DNA of 64,000 nucleotides from Candidatus Latescibacterota bacterium (lineage in GTDB: Bacteria > Latescibacterota > UBA2968 > UBA8231), in the NCBI GenBank assembly GCA_964291625.2, contig OZ220089.1:1632001-1696000 (forward strand). Direction: 5' to 3'. Positions 29,254 to 37,035 of the stretch are shown here, in pieces. Positions within the stretch are counted from its first letter, which is position 1. Each line of letters starts with the position of its first letter. A model generated the notes under the pieces. That model was not told where the DNA came from and searched no databases. It was given only the letters and a program-made list of their open reading frames with translations. The translations under genes were made by a program, and so were the position numbers.

Positions 29254-32200
29254 CTACTCCAGCGCGATCGCCGTAGGACCCGGCAATCCGGAAACGAGAT
29301 CCTTGATGTCCGATCCGTCGAGGCTTGCGCTCTGGATCTTGCGAGTCCCGCTGTCGGTCCAGTACATCCTGCCTGCCTCTACATCCAGAGCCAGTCCCCT
29401 GGGGCCGCTCAGAGTCGTGACAAGGTCCTGGACATTGGATCCGTCGAGGTTGGCCCGCTGGATTTTACCTGCCAAGTTATCTGTCCAGTACATCCAGTTC
29501 CCGTCCACATCCAAAGCCAATTTGTCAGGGTTATTCAGTCCGGTGGCGACGAGATCCTGCACGTCCGATCCGTCAAGGTTGGCCCGCTGGATCTTGTCCG
29601 TGCCTTGATCCGCCCAGTACATCATGCCTCTCGCAATATCCAGGGCCAGACCCCTTGGCGTGGCCAATCCCCTTGTGACGAGGTCTTCGATGTTGGATCC
29701 GTCGAGGTTGGACCGCTGGATCTTGTCGGTGTTCAGATCCGTCCAGTACATCTCTCCCGCGGTCAGATCCAGGGCGAGGCCCGAGGGATAGTCGAGGGTG
29801 GTGATGAGGTCTTCGACATTGGATCCGTCGAGGTTGGACCGCTGGATCTTGTCCGTGCCTTGATCCACCCAGTACATCTTGCCCTCCGTGAGATCCAAGG
29901 CAATATCACCCGGATCCCTCAATCCTCCCGTGACCAGGTTCTCCACGTTTGATCCATCGATGTTGGCTCTTTGGATCATGTCCCGGCGGGAGTCCGTCCA
30001 GTACATCCTGGTCTTGTCGGGAATCCTCACGGCATAGGTCCTCAGCACCGCCTGATCGGAGACCCTGCGCAACTCCACCTTGGCCTCTCCCGGCTCGCAG
30101 GCGGCCAGGTAGACGGACTGCCCGTGGTGGCGGGTGAGGCTGGCCTCCGCCTGGGCCGGGCATTGGCCGGTTTCCCCTTCGGACGGGGCGATCAGGATTC
30201 GAGGGGGGCTGCCGATGGGGTTGGCCACCACGAGGACCGGCTCCGTGGCCTGGACCTCAAAGCGGCGCCAGGTCCCGCTCCGGGGCAATGACACCGAGGC
30301 CGGATTCGGGGACAGGGAGGCGAAGGGATTGGCCAGCGCCAGGCCGGTGGGGCTGTCGGTTGATCGGGTGAGAAGGGTCTCGACGTTGGATCCGTCGAGA
30401 TCGGCCCTCCCGATCCTCCGGGTCCCGGCGTCGGCCCAGTAGATCTTGCCGCCGGCCAGATCCAGAGCCAGGCCCCTGGCGATACTCAGTCCGGTCGTCA
30501 CGAGGTCTTCGACGTTGGAGCCGTCGAGGTCGGCCCGCTGGATCTTGTCGGTGCCGTAGTCGGTCCAGTAGATCTTGCCGGCCCCCGTATCGAGAGCCAG
30601 GTCGCCGGGGATCTTCAGGCCGGTGGTGATCAGGTCCTCCACATTGGAGCCGTCGAGGTTGGCCCGCTGGATCTTGTTGGTGCCGTAGTCGGACCAGTAG
30701 ACCTTGCCGCCGTCCACATCCAGGGCCAGGCCCTCGGGGCTGTGCAGGCCCACGGAGACCAGGGTCTCGACTCGGGACCCATCGAGGTTGGCCCGCTGGA
30801 CCTTGTTGGAGCCGGCGTCGGTCCAGTAGAGGTGGCCGTGGTCCCGGTCCAGGGCGATGGCCACGGGACGGATCAGCCCGGCGTTGACGACGGCCGCCGT
30901 CTCGGAGCCGTCGAGGTCGGCGCGCCAGATCCAGCGGCTGCCCTGGTCGGTCCAGTAGATGTGGCCCTCCACCACGTCGACGGCCAGGCTCCGGGGCGAG
31001 CCGAAGGCGACCAGGTCTTCGACGTTGGCGCCGTCGGCATCGGCGCGCTGGATCTTGTCGCCGGTGGTCCAGTAGATCGTGGCGATGCCGGGGCCGGTGG
31101 TCGCGGGCGGCAGCTCCTCGATGTGGAACGTGTAGGTCCTCAGGAGGGTCTGGTCCGAGGCCCTCCGCAATTCCACCTTGCCCGGCCCGGCTTCGCAGCC
31201 GGACAGATTGAGGGTCTGGCCGTCGCTGCGGGTTACGCTGTCCCGGGCCACGGCGGGGCATCGGTTGGAAGCCCCGCCGCTGCCGGTGATCTCAACCCTC
31301 GGGGTGGAGCCGGTGGGGTTGGCCACGACGACGACGGACTCGCTGGCCTGGAGGGTGAAGGCGTGCCAGGCGCCATCGTCGAGGAACTCCACCGTCGACG
31401 GGTCCGGCGACAGCGTGGCCACAGGGGCGGCTTCCCCGCTGGATATGGCCAGGGCCAGTGCCGTGGGCCCGCTCAGGCCGGTAACGAGGGTCTGGATATT
31501 GGAACCGTCGAGATCGGCGCTCTGTATCCTGTCCGGCATGATTTCCGTCCAGTACATCCTGCCACCATCCAGATCCAGGGCTATGCCCCGGGGTTGGCCC
31601 AGTTCAGTGACGAGGTCTTCCACCTTGGAGCCGTCGAGATCAGCGCGCTGAATCTTCCCCTGGCCGGACTCTGTCCAGTACATCTTTCCCCCCTCCAAGT
31701 CCAGGGCCAGTTTGTCGGGGACGTCCAGCCCCGTGGCGACGAGATCCTGCACGTCAGATCCGTCGAGGTTGGACCGCTGGATCTTGTCCGTGCCATGGTC
31801 CGCCCAGTACATCTTGCCTCTCGCGATATCCAGGGCCAGGCCCCTTGGGGTGATCAATCCCCTTGTGACGAGGTCTTCGATGTTGGACCCGTCGAGGTTG
31901 GCCCGCTGGATCTTGTCCGTGTTCAGATCCGTCCAGTACATCTTTCCCGCGGCCAGATCCAGGGCGAGGCCCGAGGGATAGTCCAGCGTGGTGATGAGGT
32001 CTTCGACGTTGGATCCGTCAAGGTTGGACCGCTGGATCTTGTCCGTGCCTTGATCGGTCCAGTACATCTTGCCTTCGGTGAGATCCAGGGCAATATCACC
32101 CGGAGCCCTCAATCCAGTCGTTACCAGGTCTTCTACGTTGGAGCCATCGACGTTGGCTCTTTGAATCTTGTCCGAGATGGAGTCCGTCCAGTACATCCTG

Positions 32201-33162
32201 GAATCGCGGTCGGGGCCGTCCTGCTCCCCGATCTGCTGAAGCACGAACTGGGTGACGATGAGCCAGACGTCGATATAGTCGATCTGGCCGTCGCTGTTCA
32301 TGTCGGCCTGGGAGATATCGCCGTTGTTGGGCATGGTGACGGAGTTGTCGGCGATGTACGTGGCCACCAGCAAGGCGTCCACGATGTCGACCCGGCCGTT
32401 GTTGTCCACGTCGCCTAATGCGCCATTGGAGGCGGCTTTCTCCCGTGGGGAGAGGCCGCCCTCTTCGATCACGAGGTCCACGGAAGCCAACCCTGCTTCC
32501 ACTCGGAAGGCGGGATCCACGTAGGGGACCAGTCCCGCACCGGTGACGGTTAGACCATGGACGCCCGTGGCCGTCGCCGAAGTCTCGGCCCCAAGGGGAA
32601 CGCCGCTCGGCATCCTCTCCGGGGCCGGGATCCCGGCCTGCCCGTCCACCAGCACCATGCGCCCGGTGGCCACCCTTGGCCCGCTCTGCAGCCGGTAGAG
32701 ATAGACCCCGGCCCCCACGGCCCGGCCCGAGGCATCGGTGCCGTCCCAGCGGGCGTGGTGAAAGCCGGCGGGCTGTTCCCCCTCCACCAGCATGGCGATC
32801 CGCTGGCCCAGGAGGTTGAACACCTCCAGGCGCACGGGCGCGGGGGACGGAAGCTGGTAGGGGATCAGGGTGGAAGGGTTGAAGGGGTTCGGGTAGTTGG
32901 GTCCGAGGGAGAAACCCTCCGGCAAGGCCGAGGGGCCGGGGATTCCCTCCAGGGACAGCGAGAATCGGCCGACCTCGTCCGTCGTCGCAGAGGACAACAG
33001 GCGGAACTCCGACAGATCGAAGATCCTCACCTGGGCACCGGGGACCGCGGCCCCGGAGGGCAGCCGCACCCGCCCCTCGAGGGAGCCTGCGGCCCCGGCC
33101 ACATCGGCCAGGCCGAGAAGTGCAAGACAACCGATAGCCCATTTCGTGCTTCCGATGCTCAT
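29254..33162 (-). CDS. Secreted LDL-receptor class B (YWTD) triple beta-propeller protein with N-terminal cassette and dockerin
   Basis: Signal peptide; about 18 repeats of [M/I]YWTD...KIQRANLDGSNVEDLV.TGL..P.GLALD in three blocks; GDVDNNGRVDIVDALL dockerin; internal NYPNPFNPST domain. Confidence 0.88.
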   Translation of the reverse strand: MSIGSTKWAIGCLALLGLADVAGAAGSLEGRVRLPSGAAVPGAQVRIFDLSEFRLLSSATTDEVGRFSLSLEGIPGPSALPEGFSLGPNYPNPFNPSTLIPYQLPSPAPVRLEVFNLLGQRIAMLVEGEQPAGFHHARWDGTDASGRAVGAGVYLYRLQSGPRVATGRMVLVDGQAGIPAPERMPSGVPLGAETSATATGVHGLTVTGAGLVPYVDPAFRVEAGLASVDLVIEEGGLSPREKAASNGALGDVDNNGRVDIVDALLVATYIADNSVTMPNNGDISQADMNSDGQIDYIDVWLIVTQFVLQQIGEQDGPDRDSRMYWTDSISDKIQRANVDGSNVEDLVTTGLRAPGDIALDLTEGKMYWTDQGTDKIQRSNLDGSNVEDLITTLDYPSGLALDLAAGKMYWTDLNTDKIQRANLDGSNIEDLVTRGLITPRGLALDIARGKMYWADHGTDKIQRSNLDGSDVQDLVATGLDVPDKLALDLEGGKMYWTESGQGKIQRADLDGSKVEDLVTELGQPRGIALDLDGGRMYWTEIMPDRIQSADLDGSNIQTLVTGLSGPTALALAISSGEAAPVATLSPDPSTVEFLDDGAWHAFTLQASESVVVVANPTGSTPRVEITGSGGASNRCPAVARDSVTRSDGQTLNLSGCEAGPGKVELRRASDQTLLRTYTFHIEELPPATTGPGIATIYWTTGDKIQRADADGANVEDLVAFGSPRSLAVDVVEGHIYWTDQGSRWIWRADLDGSETAAVVNAGLIRPVAIALDRDHGHLYWTDAGSNKVQRANLDGSRVETLVSVGLHSPEGLALDVDGGKVYWSDYGTNKIQRANLDGSNVEDLITTGLKIPGDLALDTGAGKIYWTDYGTDKIQRADLDGSNVEDLVTTGLSIARGLALDLAGGKIYWADAGTRRIGRADLDGSNVETLLTRSTDSPTGLALANPFASLSPNPASVSLPRSGTWRRFEVQATEPVLVVANPIGSPPRILIAPSEGETGQCPAQAEASLTRHHGQSVYLAACEPGEAKVELRRVSDQAVLRTYAVRIPDKTRMYWTDSRRDMIQRANIDGSNVENLVTGGLRDPGDIALDLTEGKMYWVDQGTDKIQRSNLDGSNVEDLITTLDYPSGLALDLTAGEMYWTDLNTDKIQRSNLDGSNIEDLVTRGLATPRGLALDIARGMMYWADQGTDKIQRANLDGSDVQDLVATGLNNPDKLALDVDGNWMYWTDNLAGKIQRANLDGSNVQDLVTTLSGPRGLALDVEAGRMYWTDSGTRKIQSASLDGSDIKDLVSGLPGPTAIALE
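29260..32200. repeat. Intragenic direct repeat: YWTD propeller 1 (~31450-32200) and propeller 3 (~29260-30010), offset 2190 bp
   Basis: For example 29551-29925 aligns without gaps to 31741-32115 with only scattered substitutions. Confidence 0.85.
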
Positions 33163-33210
33163 TCTGCAATCCTTGTCTGGAGAGGCCTCAGCAGGGTCAA
33201 CGAAGGTAAC

Positions 33211-33225
33211 GCAAGAAGCGTGCCT
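33211..33225 (-). promoter_or_regulatory. sigma54 (-24/-12) promoter candidate
   Basis: Minus strand AGGCACGCTTCTTGC versus consensus TGGCACGNNNNTTGC; exact GG-N10-GC spacing; about 50 bp upstream of ATG 33162. Confidence 0.65.
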
Positions 33226-33258
33226 CTACTGCCCTCGCGGCGGCTCGATCGACAACCT

Positions 33259-33314
33259 TCCAGTTTCCTGGACAACCAGTGCCTCACAGGCCGGACTCGT
33301 CCGGTTTCCCGGAC
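33259..33314. promoter_or_regulatory. Paired palindromes, candidate enhancer-binding-protein sites
   Basis: TCCAG-TTTC-CTGGA (33259-33272) and GTCCGG-TTTC-CCGGAC (33299-33314); centres 41 bp apart. Confidence 0.5.
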
Positions 33315-33325
33315 AGGTACGGCGC

Positions 33326-33373
33326 GACCGCCCACGAACCGAAGGCCCCGAGGGATGCAGGTTCGTGGTGGTC
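33326..33373 (-). terminator. Stem-loop just downstream of the PhyH-like gene
   Basis: CCACGAACC...GGTTCGTGG inverted repeat extended by GACC/GGTC; no U-tract. Confidence 0.35.
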
Positions 33374-33386
33374 CACATGCCAGGAC

Positions 33387-34211
33387 CTACAAATCAAACA
33401 GAGAAGGCGGGTTCCCCTCTGGATAGTCATCCAGATACCGCTGGATGCAACCCCGCGTGACGGGAGGCATCCGCTCCAGGTGCCCCGGCCGGGTCAGGGC
33501 CTCGCGCTGTCCGTGCTCGTGCTTCATCACCGTCACCCCGGCGCTCCAGAAGGCGCAGTGCAGGGTCCAGCGCTTGCGGCCCTCGGGGTTCCAGCCGCGG
33601 TGCCAGAGGTTGGCGTTGTAGTGGACGATGTCCCCGGGCTCCAGGTCGACGACCAGAGCGCCCGGCATCTCGCCGGATTCGCTGCGGGAGGCTTCGATCT
33701 CGGCGTCCGTCGAGGCCCGCAGGTGGCTCCCGGGGACGATGTGGAGGAAGCGGTCGCCGGCCACGAGGGGGGCGTTGAACTGCACGAACCGGCCCTCGTG
33801 TTTCCGCAGGTACGCGGTCTCGTCCGGGTCGCCCGGCCGGCCGAGGTCGCGGTGCCACCGCTGGGTGTACGCCTGCCCGCCGCCGGCGGCGAGCATGCCG
33901 AAGAGGCTGTGGCGCACCCCCGGTCCGCGGACCAGGGCTTCCAGCTGAGGGGAGAGGTCCTCGTCGATCCAGTCGGCGAAGGCGGGGTGGTACTTCCCGG
34001 GGTGCAGCATGTGGCCGGTCCGTGACGGCAGCCGGCGCTCGCGGTCGATCCAGCCCAGCTCGCACTCTCCCGCCAGCCCCTTGTCGATCATGCGCTCGAC
34101 CCCTTCGAGAAGGGACTCGATGCGGCTTATCCAGAAGGCCTGCCGCAGGATGAGGAACCCCTCCTCGGCGTAGATCTCCTTGTCCTGTTCCGTGATCGTC
34201 CGGGGAGTCAT
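33387..34211 (-). CDS. Phytanoyl-CoA dioxygenase (PhyH) family Fe(II)/2-oxoglutarate dioxygenase
   Basis: YAEEGFLIL, QRWHRD (HxD), IVPGSH, LEPGDIV...LWHRG..N. Confidence 0.88.
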   Translation of the reverse strand: MTPRTITEQDKEIYAEEGFLILRQAFWISRIESLLEGVERMIDKGLAGECELGWIDRERRLPSRTGHMLHPGKYHPAFADWIDEDLSPQLEALVRGPGVRHSLFGMLAAGGGQAYTQRWHRDLGRPGDPDETAYLRKHEGRFVQFNAPLVAGDRFLHIVPGSHLRASTDAEIEASRSESGEMPGALVVDLEPGDIVHYNANLWHRGWNPEGRKRWTLHCAFWSAGVTVMKHEHGQREALTRPGHLERMPPVTRGCIQRYLDDYPEGNPPSLFDL

Positions 34212-35671
34212 CGCGGCCTCACCTCCCCCGCGAACGGTCCGTACATGCCCTTCCCCCACTCGATCCGAGCCGATTCCAGGCTTGCCACGACCTTCGGATC
34301 GGCCGGCGCCGAGGCGATCTCGCCCCCGTCCTGGGCGATGGCGATGCGGTCCCCCTCGGCGATGAACTCGAGGGTGGTCTCCCCCTCCCGCCAGGCCACG
34401 GGCCCCGCGGCGCATCCCGGCCTGCGCATGCGATGCACGGTCCGGTACTCGTCCCAGATCTCGTCGTCGTGGAGGAACTCCATCCTCATGTCCCGCTGCT
34501 GACAGCCCTTGGCGCTCGTGGAGATGAACAGGGAGTCACCCATCGGCGCCAGGCCGGTCGTGCGGTTGCCCCAGTCGTTCCAGACGATCCTGTCGCCGTG
34601 GATCTCGTTGTAGCCCACGGTCCGGTCCTCCCAAGGGTGGTTCCACTCGTCCGTGACCGGGGGATGCTCGAACATCCTGCGGACGAAGCGCCACTCGTCG
34701 CCGTGGTGGTCGTAGCGCCACAGCTCGGCCCACGGCCAGACCCCCACGTGCAGGTCTCCCCCGAAGAGGCAGGTCGTCTGGGCCTCGCGGACCTCGGTCG
34801 AGACACCGGGCATCACCGGCGGCCAGTCCCGCAGGTGGCGCAGCTCCGTCCCCCGCTCCACGTACTCCAGGAGGTTCCCCGTCGGGTAGTGGCCGATCAG
34901 CATGCGGTCGTACCAGTTCAGCATGGAGTAGAGCTGGTGGCTGACGCCCTTCAGGGACTGGCGGATGATCCGCCACGCCGACCCGTCGAAAGCGTAGACT
35001 CCGCCGAGGTTGGAGGACTGGATGATCTCGTCCCCCAGCTGTCCGGCGGAGAAGGAGCTCTCGCCCGCGTAGCGCAGGTCGAGGGTGACGGCCCTGTCCA
35101 GGTCGAGAGGACCGTCGCCCGGCCGCCAGGGGACCGCATGGAGCTTGCTCCACTCGGGGGTGTTGTTCTGGTAGAAGACGAGGTGGCCGTGGGAGTAGTA
35201 GAAGTGGTGGTAACGGCCTTCCTCCGCCCGGTCCAGGATCCTCGCGCCGTCGTACCAGGCCTCGCCGCCCTTGACCTGCAGCAGCCTGCCGGCCAGGCGC
35301 ATCATGCCCTCGCCGCTCGCCGTCTCCCCGACGCCGAACCGCTCGTCCGCGACCCAGGCTCCGGATTCGTCGTCGTACCAGCGCGCCGTGCGGTCGTGAT
35401 GAGGGCTGAACTGGTAGACCCGGCCGTCGAGATCGAAGAGGTAGTTGCCGCCGTCCTCGGTCGGAATGGGCAGCTTCTCCCAGGTCGGCTCGGCGCCGTC
35501 GTGGCGCACGAAGAGCTGCAGCGTCCACCGGTCCATGCGGAAATGGGTGTTGAAGAGCCCCATGAACCCGGCGCCGAAGACCACCCTGCCATCGCCGTCC
35601 CGGGCTTGAAACACGGTCCCCAGGTTCTGCCCGAGGTCTTCCCCGAAGTTCACCTTCGCGGTCAGCTGCAT
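34208..35671 (-). CDS. Hypothetical protein, probably beta-propeller rich
   Basis: 487-aa ORF with host-like codon use, overlapping both neighbours; W/Y-rich beta repeats; no family recognised. Confidence 0.7.
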   Translation of the reverse strand: MQLTAKVNFGEDLGQNLGTVFQARDGDGRVVFGAGFMGLFNTHFRMDRWTLQLFVRHDGAEPTWEKLPIPTEDGGNYLFDLDGRVYQFSPHHDRTARWYDDESGAWVADERFGVGETASGEGMMRLAGRLLQVKGGEAWYDGARILDRAEEGRYHHFYYSHGHLVFYQNNTPEWSKLHAVPWRPGDGPLDLDRAVTLDLRYAGESSFSAGQLGDEIIQSSNLGGVYAFDGSAWRIIRQSLKGVSHQLYSMLNWYDRMLIGHYPTGNLLEYVERGTELRHLRDWPPVMPGVSTEVREAQTTCLFGGDLHVGVWPWAELWRYDHHGDEWRFVRRMFEHPPVTDEWNHPWEDRTVGYNEIHGDRIVWNDWGNRTTGLAPMGDSLFISTSAKGCQQRDMRMEFLHDDEIWDEYRTVHRMRRPGCAAGPVAWREGETTLEFIAEGDRIAIAQDGGEIASAPADPKVVASLESARIEWGKGMYGPFAGEVRPR

Positions 35672-36897
35672 TCCCGTTCCTTCCTCGACCCGCCGACCAG
35701 ACTCTGAACGGCTGTCTCGACTTCAGCGGTCGTATGTTCGACGGTCTCCCTCTTCCGGGCTCGATAGGCGTCGTAGCGCTCCCGGAGATCGATCGGTTCG
35801 CCGACGCGGACCGATGCCACCCGCGGTCCCCGCGGTTCCGACCTCCCGAAGACCTCCCGCTCGAGGCGGAGAATCACATCCAGGTAGCGCTCGGGCGACG
35901 GCTCCTCGGCGACATATCCGTCAGTGATCGATATGAAGTTGATCAACCGCTCCAGATCGGGATAGAACTGCTGGATCTTCCGGAGCTGCTCCGCGTGTAT
36001 CCGGCCTTCGTACTCCGTCATCTCCTCCGTGTCCTGGTGGACCTGGGTATCCACGAGGTTCTTCAGGGCGCGGGTCCTGGCGAGGATGTCCGTTCCCTTT
36101 TGAACCCCCATGATCCCCTCGGCGCGGGCCAGGATCGCATCCTTCAACCGATCGATATGGACATCGAGGGAGACGGTCTCGTCGATCTCGTACTGGTACT
36201 CCGCCGCCAGGGTTCGGAAGACGGCCACACCGATGCGGCGCAGCCGATCGTAGCGCTCGGCCGGCGTCCGTTCGGCGGGGGGGAGGATGTGCCGTTCCAG
36301 CCTCTTGAGGGCGGCGTCGATGGAACTCCACATGTCGCGCGGGTAGTGATACTTCAGGCCCACGGGCACGACATACAGCGGCTTGCCGACATCCGCCTTC
36401 ACCATGTCGTCCAGGGCCCAGAAGCACATCTGCACGATGCCCCTCTCGAAGCGCATGACCGTGTCGTTCTGGCGCGAGACCTCTCCTTCTCCGAAGATGA
36501 CGACCGGCCACTCCCCCTTGAGCAGCAGCTGCCGCGTCGTCCGGAAGGCATCCCTGTCGACGGTGCCGCGCACCACCGAGTAGACGCCGACCCGCTGCAT
36601 CAGCCAGCCCCGGACGGCCCCGAACCGGCCCTTGTCGAAGGCTTCCCGCGCCGCCATGTAGTAGAACGGTTGCGACACCCGCGTGGACAACAGGAACATG
36701 ACCACGGGATCGGCCGAGGCCGGGTGGTTGGGGGCCAGGACCGCGGAGTGCCCCTGTACCGCCTCCAGCCGGGCGATGGACCCGGCATCGACATCCAGCT
36801 TCAACCCCTTCAGGAACAGGCGGTTCGCCAGGGGTACGACGGCCCGTACGATCCGGATCACGGCCGTACTCGGCTCAGGTCGCTTGAAGTCCAGCAT
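35662..36897 (-). CDS. PlsC-like glycerolipid acyltransferase, long form
   Basis: APNHPASADP (HxxxxD), YYMAARE.F, GVYSVVRGTVDR, VIFGEGE, VVPVGLKY. Confidence 0.85.
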   Translation of the reverse strand: MLDFKRPEPSTAVIRIVRAVVPLANRLFLKGLKLDVDAGSIARLEAVQGHSAVLAPNHPASADPVVMFLLSTRVSQPFYYMAAREAFDKGRFGAVRGWLMQRVGVYSVVRGTVDRDAFRTTRQLLLKGEWPVVIFGEGEVSRQNDTVMRFERGIVQMCFWALDDMVKADVGKPLYVVPVGLKYHYPRDMWSSIDAALKRLERHILPPAERTPAERYDRLRRIGVAVFRTLAAEYQYEIDETVSLDVHIDRLKDAILARAEGIMGVQKGTDILARTRALKNLVDTQVHQDTEEMTEYEGRIHAEQLRKIQQFYPDLERLINFISITDGYVAEEPSPERYLDVILRLEREVFGRSEPRGPRVASVRVGEPIDLRERYDAYRARKRETVEHTTAEVETAVQSLVGGSRKERECS

Positions 36898-37035
36898 CCG
36901 GTCCTGTCACCGTCGTGGGCGAACACCCCCGCCGCGCGCCGGGCAGCCCGCGGGGCGTGGGCGACGTGCCGCTGCCACCGGCAGGGCGGTCTCTACGTAC
37001 AGCGGCTCGATGACGAACCGGGGGGACTCACGAGC

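Noticed and set aside
29254-32200. Periodic ~129-bp DNA repeats (TCCAGTACAT..., CGCTGGATCTTGTC) as a possible CRISPR array
   Set aside because: In-frame coding repeats of YWTD blades; no unique spacers and no cas genes
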